DNA of 63,911 bases, counting the filler, from Phoronis australis (lineage: Eukaryota; Animalia; Phoronida): NCBI GenBank assembly GCA_002633005.1. It is 4 parts of 4 records of this genome, joined end to end, with 100 filler letters (N's around TTAATTAATTAA, not from the genome) between each part and the next. Parts side by side here need not be neighbours in the genome. Positions count along the whole stretch, not along the records: positions 1 to 31,357 come from NMRA01001281.1; positions 31,458 to 50,911 come from NMRA01001030.1; 2 more parts are not named here. One strand, 5' to 3'. Shown in pieces: positions 25,100 to 36,611 of the stretch (positions are counted from its first letter, which is position 1; each line of letters starts with the position of its first letter). A program made the position numbers and the translations under genes. A model generated the notes under the pieces. That model was not told the DNA's origin. It saw only the letters and a program-made list of their open reading frames with translations, and ran no database searches.

Positions 25100-27171
25100 G
25101 TGAGTTACTTTTTTATATTTCCACAGTGATAAACATGTGACGCGCTCCTTTGAGTGCTTGCACGCACAATTATATCGTAAAATGAAGGTTCATTATGGAC
25201 TCCGTTAGTATCACATGCGCGCACCCAGCCTAAAATATTGGGAGGCTTGAATTTTTCGGTATGCGGACCATTTACTAAAAGAAATCAACGGGGACTAAAA
25301 GAAAAAACTGGGCCACTAGGATGAGGCCTACGGATTGTGCATCAGCGCCGAAATCCTGTGGGCTTTGTGGACTTTTGTCTCGTTTACTCGGACATTTTGT
25401 TTCGTTGAGACGGACCTTTTTGCTCGAGCCCCCCGAGCCCCCTGGGTGGGCCCATGTATCATGAGTGATTGAAAATTTAACTTGTTGAAGTAGAAAAGTC
25501 CGTGCTGGAGTTGACTCAGAGATTGAGTAGGTAAAACTCCCAACACCTTACTTTCTCGTGGANNNNNNNNNNNNNNNNNNNNNNNNNNNNNNNNNNNNNN
25601 NNNNNNNNNNNNNNNNNNNNNNNNNNNNNNNNNNNNNNNNNNNNNNNNNNNNNNNNNNNNNNNNNNNNNNNNNNNNNNNNNNNNNNNNNNNNNNNNNNNN
25701 NNNNNNNNNNNNNNNNNNNNNNNNNNNNNNNNNNNNNNNNNNNNNNNNNNNNNNNNNNNNNNNNNNNNNNNNNNNNNNNNNNNNNNNNNNNNNNNNNNNN
25801 NNNNNNNNNNNNNNNNNNNNNNNNNNNNNNNNNNNNNNNNNNNNNNNNNNNNNNNNNNNNNNNNNNNNNNNNNNNNNNNNNNNNNNNNNNNNNNNNNNNN
25901 NNNNNNNNNNNNNNNNNNNNNNNNNNNNNNNNNNNNNNNNNNNNNNNNNNNNNNNNNNNNNNNNNNNNNNNNNNNNNNNNNNNNNNTGTTGGCTAACGAG
26001 ACACTGAACGAAAAAGAAAATATCGCAGAGAATAAAACCTAACATGTATATCACCATGTATAATTCAAGCATAATTTAAAAAATATAGTGGTTATGTTTC
26101 AACCTAATTAAAATTATGGTTGTGAAGTTGCCAAAATCTCGCCGGGCGGAAAAGTGGCCAGGCCCGGTTTAGTAGCCTCACCATGGTCACGTTCACTGAA
26201 TATATATTTTACCCCAGCGTTTAGGCCGAGCAACCACAACAGCGTATATTATTAACACTTTCATCTTAATTATATGTCATAAATAGTTGTTACAAATGGG
26301 GTTTTAAACATGGAATGTCGGACGCAAAGATTTCTTTTCCACACAAATTCGCCACTCATCAGGACATACACTGTCTGGTTCATGAACTCTCGTGACCTGT
26401 GGTTACAGTCAGCAGCAGCAGAATGTAGGTCAAGGTTCTTGGTTAAGATTCTCTGGCAGACAGTCTTACTTGAGCGATAAAATGAAACGTGATTGATGAA
26501 AAGCGCCATCTGTTAGCCGTAAAGGTTTTGGATGAGCGGGTACCTTTTGCCATAATACCACTGTTCCACATGTATTGCATAAAGTAGGTGTACAGGACAC
26601 TTGTACCGCGATAATAGCAAGACTATCATATGCAGCCGTATGTTGAACATACATGTTTATCACAGCCTTACTCTTAGGCTATAAAACAGGCTATAAATTT
26701 TGAGAGATCCAACCACTCAGGCTCTTTTCAAATACACGTCGACCGACGTGGTTCTGGTTTCGCTCAAGAAGACCCCGGGATCGAATCACGAGCTCCTGCA
26801 TTAATGCAAAAAAGTTTTTAAAAGGAACTAATACGAAATTGGGTCAGTGAAGTACTAAGTTAGTATGCATTACAGAAATGTTAATAAGGTAAAAACTACG
26901 TAAAAGTCCACGTGGCTGGGGATGTTCAAGTTTATTTCATATTCTTATGTCTTATTTAATTATTTTTCATTACTCGTGGATCTATGCCACTAAAGTAACT
27001 TAGCAAATAAAATAGTTACTGTGGCAATTGGGGAAATCAGATGATAGAGTCACGCAATTACAGACCAGGCGTTCTTTTAGACTTTCACTGAGAACATTTC
27101 ACCTTCTTCACACACTGGTAATCATTTAGATTTAAAACATCGCGAGTATTTACAGTGTTTGCCAATTTCAG

Positions 27172-27262
27172 GTGTGGGATGACGAGATTGCCAAAGTTGC
27201 TCAATCGTGGGCGGAAAACTGCAATTTTGCCCACGATCAGGGCAGTCAAAGAGGAATCCCAG
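27172..27262 (+). CDS. CAP/SCP-domain gene, exon 2
   Basis: TTTCAG|VWDDEIAKVAQSWAENCNFAHDQGSQRGIP(G)|GT; 91 bp, phase 0 to 1. Confidence 0.92.
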
Positions 27263-28367
27263 GTCTGTCATTTTATCTACTTGGGCTTTTGTGAAATGCG
27301 AAAGGCATTTTTCCACTCATCTCTTATAAAACACAACATTGCCGGAGTCCTGTCAATATTTGAGCATTATAAATTCTAATAATTCTATTCTAATTCTATA
27401 ATGTCATGGTAACTTAGCACGACACAGGTCTTCGCACGTGCAGACCACTAGGGACGTACAAATAGCTCAAGGAAGTAATCGATAACTCAGTTCATTTACT
27501 TGGAAGAAGCTAGAGAATATCAAAACGCAAATGAAGAAAGAGATAACCAATAGCGATTTTTAGTCTGATATTCTCTGCAATTATTCTTCACACGTACGTA
27601 CGGACAAAAGCTATCTCTGCACTGTTCTGCTTCACATCACTGTGTATACAGAAACCCGCTGCAGTGAAGTTTAAGTATTTCAGAGAGGGTCTACACAAGG
27701 TGTGCCAAAATGTTACCCTTACTGACTGTAGAACATGTTTTGATGTTTGAATATTTGTTTCAATAATGTGGTTCAACTACTTGAATTCTTTCGTTTGGTA
27801 CTGATAGGCTCTTGTTTTCTCATTATTTCATAGTCTCCTCGATTGCAAAATGATTACTGGCCCTTCATATGGTCGTTTCAAGTATGCCTTTGGCACTCCC
27901 TTTCATTGCGATGTACCCCCAGGTTGCCACTCATTTAGCCCTCTGGCTATGCCAGTGGTTGGAGATATTCCATCGAAACATTCGAACAACGTGACAATGT
28001 ACCTAGACTGCAACCAACAAAACCCACATGGGCGGAATGGCCTTGACAGTTTTGACAACTAAAAGTTTTCAATGAAATTTTAATGTTCCGCCTTCACAGT
28101 TCTTAAGAAGCGCCCCCTTTGTTCTATTCACGTGACCTACAAAAAATTTGCCGACCCAAATTATAGAAGCCTTTCGTTAAATAACGCCATTCAAAAATGC
28201 ACGACAATCGTCTTTAACTGGCGTTTTTGAGTGAGACATGGCCCTATGTTGTATACATTATTTCCATTGAATTGTGCCTGTCAATAGAAACACTCCGTGC
28301 GTTTCCGAAGCAGAAGATCGTGTTTAAAAGCTAACGTAATAGGCCTATGCGGGTAAAAAACAAGCTG

Positions 28368-28756
28368 GCGTGCGTTCAGTAACGCTAGGACCTAATCTAG
28401 GACCTAGCTGAAATCTAGCCAAAGTCACGTGTTCTCAGTTAAAATACACGGCAGTGTAATCTCGCGAGGTCTTGCCATTTAGCGCGGTCCCAGCGCAACT
28501 GAACGGGAGGCTAGATTTTTGTTCCACTTCCCTTGGCATCTTGGTGCTATCCTGTTGCTTTGCAAGACCTCATGCTGGTTATCTGGGTGCAGGGCTATAC
28601 ACCTGGCGTGCGTTCAATAACGCTAGGACCTCTCTAAAAGGCAAGAGTTCGCGAGATTACGTGAGATATTGCTGTGTATTTTAACTGAGAACACGTGACT
28701 TTGACTAGATTTTAGGTTAGGTGCTAGCGTAGGTCCTAGCGTTACTGAACGCACGC
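28368..28756. mobile_element. Palindromic MITE (Harbinger-like, CTG flanks) with a second internal left end
   Basis: GGCGTGCGTTCAGTAACGCTAGGACCTA / TAGGTCCTAGCGTTACTGAACGCACGCC with arms of ~110 bp; extra left-end copy at 28603-28631. Confidence 0.8.
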
Positions 28757-29386
28757 CTGGTACGAGTATATACAACGAGATCGGGACTTTGTCCCTATGT
28801 TCTGCTTAGTTTGAAAATCTTCATTTCACTTTCACTAATTAAAAAAATGGCACCACCTGACCACGAGTGATTGCCGATGGTACAGAATTGCTTGTAAAAT
28901 TGCGAACGGATTTCTCAAAACGACCAATTCCATAGTGAAAAGAAGCGTTTTCCTCCTCAAAATTTACACCTATCGCTCAGTGTCTGACAATCTATGACCG
29001 GCACCCTCTTTATCGTCCCCTGTCTGACTATCTATGGGGAGTCCGCAATAACAACCTTCAAACGGTATGAAGGAAAATATCTGGAACATCTCAGATATTT
29101 TTGTTGCCTCGAATTATAACTTGAGACCACAACAATACCGGAGTGGTCGGGAGGTTATCACAAAAATGAGTGTCAACGCAGCAACAGTGATTCAGTGACT
29201 AGGCGCATAAATTGTTAATGCAATTCGTTACTGATTGTGTTCAGTGGACTATCTCATGTTTCTGTGACGTATTTAAACAATATTCAAATATAAAAATACT
29301 ATACAACTAACACGAAAAATTTCTTATATTTATGTGTTATGTGCAATGTATTTGACGTTTTGAAATATATCTTTTGCGAAATTTAG

Positions 29387-29529
29387 GCAAATACGGAACC
29401 GGTCAAAACATCGCCATGGGTGCAATGTACAACACCTGGCCAAAAGCGATCAAAGCCTGGTACGACGAGATCAAGGACTTCAGTTACGGTGGTAACGCTC
29501 CACTGGGCAAGATAGGACACTTCACACAG
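29387..29529 (+). CDS. CAP/SCP-domain gene, exon 3
   Basis: GKYGTGQNIAMGAMYNTWPKAIKAWYDEIKDFSYGGNAPLGKIGHFTQ (CAP signature GHFTQ); 143 bp, phase 1 to 0; donor CAG|GCAAGT. Confidence 0.93.
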
Positions 29530-29877
29530 GCAAGTGTTTCATACTATTAACTTGATCCTTCCTAACGTGTTAGTTAAATACAAAGTGTACGATGGGAATG
29601 CACTAAGCAAATGGGATGATATACGTACCAACTGCATTCAAGATTTATGTGTGTGTGACGTTGCTGGTTTTCAGTTTGGGTTTTAATATTGGTTCGTGAC
29701 CGTCAAACTTTACCCAAGACACTGCTCAATATGACAAATCGCTTAATTTTCAAACTTTCAAAACTCAAATGGTCAATTGCTTGTAAAATTGGGAATTCTA
29801 GGGCCCTATATGTAGCATTCAACCTTGTTTAGTGTCATGTAGACAAACATCCTTTTCATTTCTCATAATGTATCTAG

Positions 29878-29966
29878 GTGACATGGGCTAGTACTGTAAG
29901 AATTGGGTGCGGCTTTGCAAACTGCAAGAACGTGAAGAACTTCTACGTGTGCAACTATGGACCCGC
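29878..29966 (+). CDS. CAP/SCP-domain gene, exon 4 (downstream exons not in this contig)
   Basis: TCTAG|VTWASTVRIGCGFANCKNVKNFYVCNYGP(A)|GTGAGT; contains the CAP motifs W..T..IGCG and YVCNYGP. Confidence 0.93.
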
Positions 29967-30298
29967 GTGAGTAATGTTTAATGGGTCCCAGTGTCCATCT
30001 TGGAGCGCACTGGGTCTATAACCTGCGTAATTTTTGCGTGCTAGTGACGTGGATGGCATTAAATATACCCATTGCAATATCAGCCAGGTTCCCGTCTTTC
30101 GGTTTAAGACAACATTGCTCTTCCGAGGTGCACGTAACCCGATAAGCCCATTTTCATTTATTGTAGAACCGCCGAGCCACCACTCCTCTGATTTCCTTTT
30201 CTGTTAGATTGGCATGTCCTTTTTGCCTTGCTGAACTGTCATCGTCTGCTGGACAGCATTTATCACGTGACCAGAGCTCTATGGTTTCTACAGCATAT

Positions 30299-31357
30299 AA
30301 TTACTCTGCGCGTGTAAGCGCACAGTACTGTTGTTCCTGGGTTTTCTTCAATTTTATTCTTATTCTTATTCTTATTACTCTGCGCGTGTAAGCGCAGAGT
30401 ACTGTTGTTCCTGGGTTTTCTTCAATTTCATTCTTATTCTTATTCTTATTCTTATTCTTATTCTTCTTATTCTTATTCTTCTTCCGACCAACTTAATAAC
30501 TCCAAATTGGGTGCAGGTACGGTCTTTAAATTCAGCATATTACTTTTGACAGTATATAAATTTTGATTGGTTATATAATCATATTCCATATTGAACCGGA
30601 AGAGGTCGTTTGGTGCAAAGGTCATGTAATTTTCAAAATGCTACTCCTCCTTCAGTTTTAAAGCTATCTTTTTCGAATTCGATGCACAGGTATAAGTCGA
30701 CATGACAATTTAAAAAATTACTTTTCTAAGTAATCGGGTCATCCATTCAGGTAAAATAGGTCAAAGGTCATTAGGTGCAAACTAAAATTTTGAGCTAGAC
30801 ACTTCAAATTGACAGGTCTGATTGCCACTAGTAAATCAAATCGGAATTCAAAGTTTCAGGTCATTTAGTGCAAACATGGGGTCATTAGGTTCATTTTTCT
30901 TCTGAAAATTCGACCTTTTCAATCAGCAAGTACTCTGATGTGTCAACCGTTAGACAACTGTGATTCTCAGCGTTAAACACATTTTCCATGGGCTTTGTAA
31001 TAATTCTCTAAAGATGCTTAAATGCACCGGATAAGGTCAATTAGTGCAAAAGTCATGTAACGTTCAAAATGTTTTATCTCTTAGGTTTTTCAAGGAATTC
31101 TTTTCAATTTCATCACACTGGTGTAAGTCAACATGCCAATTGAATACCCTACTTTACTTCGGAATAGGCTTAATCAATCAGAAAAAATAGGTCAAAGGTC
31201 ATTGAGTGCAAACTAAAATTTTGCGCTAGAGACTTCAGAATTACGTATCTGTTTACTTAGTGCGATTGAGTTTGAATTCCAAATTTTCAGGTCATTTGGT
31301 GCACCCATGGGGTCATTAGGTGCATTTTTCTTCTGAAAGTTTGACCACTTCATTCAT
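30299..31357 (+). mobile_element. Helentron/DINE-like non-autonomous repeat: terminal hairpin, (TTATTC)n microsatellite, internal repeats
   Basis: TACTCTGCGCGTGTAAGCGCAGAGTA hairpin (module duplicated at 30301 and 30375), TTATTC tract to ~30483, body shared with 15426-16157. Confidence 0.6.
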
Positions 31358-31457
31358 NNNNNNNNNNNNNNNNNNNNNNNNNNNNNNNNNNNNNNNNNNN
31401 NTTAATTAATTAANNNNNNNNNNNNNNNNNNNNNNNNNNNNNNNNNNNNNNNNNNNN
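31358..31457. other. Assembly spacer: 44 N + TTAATTAATTAA + 44 N (also 50912-51011 and 62438-62537)
   Basis: The same 100-bp construct occurs three times, and the 12-mer gives stops in all six frames. Confidence 0.95.
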
Positions 31458-31697
31458 ATGTGTGTACATAGTGTACACCTGATCTCAACACATGGATGTG
31501 TGTACAGAGTGTACAACTGATCTCAACACATGCATGTATGTACATAGTGTACACCTGATCTCAACACATGCATGTGTGTACATAGTGTACACCTGATCTC
31601 AACACATGCATGTGTGTACATAGTGTACACCTGATCTCAACACATGGATGTGTGTACATAGTGTACAACTGATCTCAACACATGCATGTGTGTACAC
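31458..31697. repeat. 38-bp minisatellite, ~6 copies
   Basis: Unit ATGTGTGTACATAGTGTACACCTGATCTCAACACATG(C/G). Confidence 0.95.
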
Positions 31698-31769
31698 GGC
31701 CATATATACAAATGTCTATTACGAGCCAACTCAGAGAGGATTATGCACATTTAATAAGGGCTGGCTCAC

Positions 31770-31944
31770 CTTAACTACGTTGCCTCCTAGGTCAGCCAAC
31801 TTGCGCTGTAAGTTAGCCAGGTCTCGTTCCTCCTGCTGGGCAATGATGTACAATTGTCGTCCAGAGGGACATGACCGACGTGATGCTGCTTTGGCCTTGG
31901 CCGCAGCTCTGGCCGAGCCTGGGTCTGTCAAACTAGTCAGATCA
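31770..31944 (-). CDS. Zinc-finger gene, last visible exon
   Basis: TTGTTCCAG|(I)DLTSLTDPGSARAAAKAKAASRRSCPSGRQLYIIAQQEERDLANLQRKLADLGGNVVK|GTGAGC; 175 bp, phase 2 to 0. Confidence 0.7.
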
Positions 31945-32656
31945 CTGGAACAACAAGAGATTCCGAAATCTTTCAGTGAAATGAGTCAGGAATTTGAAAT
32001 ATAGATACCAGTTTTGTACATGTCAAATATCCAACAAAATTACCTCATGATGACAACTGTGGTGATATTGACACAGAAATGGAATTTTCTCTCTTTATTT
32101 TTGGCATGCATTGAAATTTTCCTCCTAAGTACATTAACTTTTATTTATACCAGGCCCCGTCTTTCTTGAAGCTCAGTCTTCCACTCAAATCAAAACTACC
32201 AATTGCACAGCACGACAAGGTTAACGGTCAGACTTTCAAAATTTTCCCGAACAACATTCATGTTTTTGACCCCTTCACTCATTCAACCCTAAAGACAACA
32301 GATGGCATGGCAGTATATTTGCTTTCAGAGTCAGTTGCTGACAAACTGTATAAACGCCAAAACTGAAAGGTGAATGTTGATGTGAGGTGGCACACAATCT
32401 TTTATTTTGGGTTTAAATTTAACATTGTCAGGATATCCCCTGATCACTATCCAATAAAATTGAAGACACTAAACTTGCACAACACAAGGCAATTAAAGAA
32501 ATTCCGAAAACGTTCAAACATGCACGCTCATGGAAACATTAAATCAACAGTTTTGAAAGAGCATGGGAAAATATTTTTTTGGAAAGTAGAAATGTTTATT
32601 AAATTAATCTTTTTTGAATGTATGGATGAAAAATATAAATGTGTGGAAGCATGTTC

Positions 32657-32748
32657 CACCTGTTGAGTGACTATCCACCTGTTGAGTGACTATCCACCTG
32701 TTGAGTGACTATCCACCTGTTGAGTGACTATCCACCTGTTGAGTGACT
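32657..32748. repeat. 19-bp minisatellite, ~5 copies
   Basis: Unit CCACCTGTTGAGTGACTAT. Confidence 0.95.
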
Positions 32749-33122
32749 TTACCAGATGTAGAGCTGTTGTGAGCTTGTGATAACATACAGCTTCTTTTTA
32801 AACTGTCGAGCACAGTCTTTTGCCTTATATGACAGCATGCAGGCCAATTATCTACCAGGCTTATTACCGACCACTTGTGAACAAAGTCAAAACCAGTGCA
32901 TTGGTACGTTTGGACAGAATAGATTGTCTTCAACTTCAGTTGCAGTTCGGTGATTTTGGCGATTCAAAAACTAAACATGATAAGCAATTGATGAGGAATT
33001 CAGAAATGATACATTTACAACTTAACTTTTAATTTTAACAGCACAACCCAGTCAGGCTAGATACGATCTTATCGGAGATTAGAGCAATTTCAACTATTCT
33101 CAATATTACAAAATAATCGTAC

Positions 33123-33306
33123 ATATGTTCCTGATGAACATCGGCCAGATGTTGCTGCAACAGCACATAACTGGGAAACATGGCGCCACACGTGACACAC
33201 GCCTTCTCCTGACGCATGCGGTGCATACGAGACTTTTGGTGTCGGTTCAGATCTGACTGGGTCACACAACTGTACTTGCACAGCTCACACTGGAACGCAC
33301 GGATAC
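33123..33306 (-). CDS. Zinc-finger gene exon (2 C2H2 fingers)
   Basis: GIRAFQCELCKYSCVTQSDLNRHQKSRMH...CVTCGAMFPSYVLLQQHLADVH; acceptor CCTTTACCAG; donor GTACGA inferred from phase match. Confidence 0.85.
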
Positions 33307-34296
33307 CTGGTAAAGGAAAAAGTGTGTGGTTACAGTCAACCATGTTACCTGATATCTGTACAAGACAGTCAGTGTCTTGGACATCACGAGAATACGTACT
33401 GTAGTCAGCTCAATTATAAACACTCAAAATTTGACAATTGCTTTCTATTTGAAAAGTAACATTCTTTTCAAAAATACCTTTGAAAACAATTGTTTTGGTT
33501 CATGTTTTTGGTAAAAATTCTTTGGATTTTTTCTCCGCAAGTTAGTGCAATGATAAGGCCATGGACGACAGTTGAGTGACAGCTTCAAGATTCACTGGCA
33601 TTAATTTGATGTATTTTGGGTTTACGTAAATAGTGACTTTAATTGAAAACATTACAAAGGTATCTCCATTATTTTCTATGAAAACACAAAAACATAGTTT
33701 TACATGAAAAAGAAACATAACTAAGCACTTGTCCATTCAAAGCCTATCAAATGAACCAATGACATCACTGCAATTGAAAAATAATTTTTCCACTTCTTTC
33801 TCAAATCGTTCTTTTCCCGCCCGTTTCTCAGAATGTTCGGCTACCAAACATGAGTAGATGGTCCAAACAAAGAACATAATTTAGTCCCATCCACACACAG
33901 CCTAACCTAGAACAACTTGCACAAGTACAACTTACTTCACTTTTGAGTGGAGCGTCCACACTCGCACACATAATGACTAGGGTAAGGCATAAGTTGTTGC
34001 TCTGGGCGTGATAATGAATGCCAAATGGGATTACGCGGTGCACAAGAACACCTGTCTGTATGTAACTGCAGCTGATAATTACTTGTGCTTTGACTTGTGG
34101 CAACACAACAATTACAAGTGCTGTATGTTACCCTAGAACAAGTTACCCCACCTCAATAATGTGGAGTATGTTGTCACAAGACGGGGTAAGTTGCACGAGC
34201 TTAGATAGCGTCCACACAGCCCTCAAACCTAGCAACAACTTGCTCCACGAGTAACTTGTTCTAAGGTAAGTGTGCAGCACTTAGTCGTTCACTCAC

Positions 34297-34380
34297 CCTT
34301 ATGCCTCATCATATGAACTTTCAGTTGACTCTTGGTGCGAGCGCTGTAGTCACAGAACTCACAATTGTACGGTCGACGGT
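34297..34380 (-). CDS. Zinc-finger gene exon (1 C2H2 finger; missed by ORF track)
   Basis: TTGTAG|DRRPYNCEFCDYSARTKSQLKVHMMRHK(G)|GTGAGT; 84 bp, phase 1 to 1. Confidence 0.92.
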
Positions 34381-34603
34381 CTACAACATGGTAAAAAGGT
34401 CAACTCATGGAAAAGTAGGTCAACTCAGTTCAAGCACAGTTACACTTACACAACTCAAGGTTTCATGTTCATCATGGATCAGTGCCATATTGGAATAAGA
34501 CTTCAAAGCTGCAGCCCTGTGATGACTTGATACATTGCGTTACTTCACTGACCTCTAGTGGACTGTTCACAATTATCACCGTTTTCATGAATGCATAAAA
34601 CTT

Positions 34604-34855
34604 ACATGATAATGAATGAGAGGGTGGAGGGATCCTGCTAGTGTATGGGACTGACATGATAATGAATGAGAGGTTGGAGGGATCCTGCTAGTGTATGTAA
34701 GTGACATGATAATGAATGAGAGGTTGGAGGGATCCTGCTAGTGTATGGGACTGACATGATAATGAATGAGAGGTTGGAGGGATCCTGCTAGTGTATGGGA
34801 CTGACATGACAATGAATGAGGGTGGAGGGGTCCTGCTAGTGTATGTGAGTGACAC
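34604..34855. repeat. 50-bp minisatellite, ~5 copies
   Basis: Unit ACATGATAATGAATGAGAGGTTGGAGGGATCCTGCTAGTGTATGGGACTG. Confidence 0.95.
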
Positions 34856-35125
34856 AATAAGTTGGTGAGGTGTAAACAATACATCTTTAATGTCGTCTTA
34901 AATCAACACGTTGAAATATCTTTCTCATAATCTTTGTAATTCATATAAATGTACAGGCAGGAAAACGTGTAGTGGGAACACGTACACGTAGGAACAACAT
35001 GACTGAAGTATAAAGCAACAGACTAAAATCAGCAGTGGGAAGTGAAGCAAAACTGTATCAATGACTGCTGATCATTATTAAACAAGGGGCACATTTCATT
35101 GCACCATTAGGAAAGATTGCCCCAC

Positions 35126-35274
35126 CTTCGTGAAAGTCTAGATGTCTATGTAGGTCAGCTGAGTTGGAGAAACCCTTTGTGCAATAGGGGCAGGAGTAGA
35201 GCTGGACACCGTCCAATCGTACCACAGGTAGGCAGGCGGTGGACCGGTCAACATGGTCCTTGACCACTGTCAAT
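35126..35274 (-). CDS. Zinc-finger gene exon (1 C2H2 finger)
   Basis: LTVVKDH...LYSCPYCTKGFSNSADLHRHLDFHE; 149 bp, phase 2 to 1. Confidence 0.88.
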
Positions 35275-35649
35275 CTAGTCACAGGGAGAATAAGTCATAC
35301 AGTTTGTGCACAAGTTACCTTACATCAAACTATTTAAAGTTATGTAATACTAACATTCAAAATTATCTGATTTTCAAACATTTTCTATAGCCAACAGGGT
35401 TACCATTTTAACTAATGAGCAGAAACAGATCTTTTGAAGGTTTACTCAGTGATAAACCATTAAATACAAATGGGAAACACAGATTATGTCAAAGCTGAGA
35501 AGCTCCAACACTGTTGTGGTCTCACAGTACTCATTAGATACTACAAGATAACGGCACTGAGAAACTAACTTTCAAAATGTAATCAAAATTCTAGCAATAT
35601 ACCAAATCCCACTCTCAATATGAAGCCAAATAAATTCAAATAAGTGTAC

Positions 35650-35782
35650 CTGGAGCTGGTCCTGGACAGGCAGGAGAACGGTCTCTTTGGGCTCGTGTCT
35701 ACGATTGTCAAGTTCTTCTTGAGGTCATCCAGTCCACTAGGAGGCACCCAAATACCACTACTGCTCTTCACTGACGATGCAG
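35650..35782 (-). CDS. Zinc-finger gene linker exon
   Basis: GGTACAG|AASSVKSSSGIWVPPSGLDDLKKNLTIVDTSPKRPFSCLSRTSS(R)|GTACAC; 133 bp, phase 1 to 2, bridging its neighbours exactly. Confidence 0.75.
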
Positions 35783-36258
35783 CTGTACCAAATAGAAATT
35801 ACATGTGAAACAGTTGTAATCACCCAGTAACAACAAAATGTGTGGAAGTACGGCCACTAACATACATCACACCAACGACATATATCACATGTGAAACCGG
35901 GTCTAATGGGCTCCCTTGGAAATTAAAGAGGAATTCTGTAGTATTGGCAGCAACAGCGCCCTCATCGGTCATGAACTTGAAACATCAGTTTGACAATGCT
36001 GGCAGTTTACCTACCATAAGAAGTTCTATGATCAATTTGAAATTTCTTAGCAAAAAATTTGTGAAACTGACGACTTCCTTTCCACTCATATTCCGCAGAT
36101 GAGTCCCACAGCGCCCCCTGCTGGTAACACTCTTCGTAAATTAATAGAAGATTCACATATCAACATTTCCAGGAAATATGTTTGTTATTCTTTGAAACCG
36201 TCTAGTCAATTATCTTTCAAATAGTTAAATTTATTTTATTGCGTAAAGTAAATCTGAC

Positions 36259-36468
36259 CACTCCTTCTGGTGCCAGCTGATGGACCAGTCCTCTGCCCTA
36301 CAGTCTTGTTAGACTCAGCTTTAACTGTGCTGGAGGGGGCATCATTGGTCACAGTCTCACTGTCAGCATCACAACAGTCAAGCAGCAATGGTAATGAGCT
36401 GTCATCTATTGGCTCCTGTTTGATCACCACATCTGTGGCGTAGTTTACATTCTGTTTCACCTCAACAT
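36259..36468 (-). CDS. Zinc-finger gene linker exon
   Basis: TTTCAG|DVEVKQNVNYATDVVIKQEPIDD...TRRS|GTCAGA; 210 bp, phase 1 to 1; IKQE SUMO-consensus motif. Confidence 0.8.
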
Positions 36469-36611
36469 CTGAAATACGAACGTAATCGTAAGACTATGGC
36501 AGAAGGCCAGTCAACACGTGTCTGTCACACTGTAAGAATATACAGAGAGCCAGTCCACATGGAGCCTATAGTAAGTTATTTTATTAATGAGTAATCGGGT
36601 AATACACTTAC

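Noticed and set aside
31402-31413. TTAATTAATTAA motif occurring three times
   Set aside because: Always centred in exactly 100-bp N gaps; it is an assembly linker, not biology.
29966-31770. Convergent CAP and zinc-finger genes as a functional pair
   Set aside because: They are separated by an artificial spacer and both 3' ends are missing, so true adjacency is unproven.
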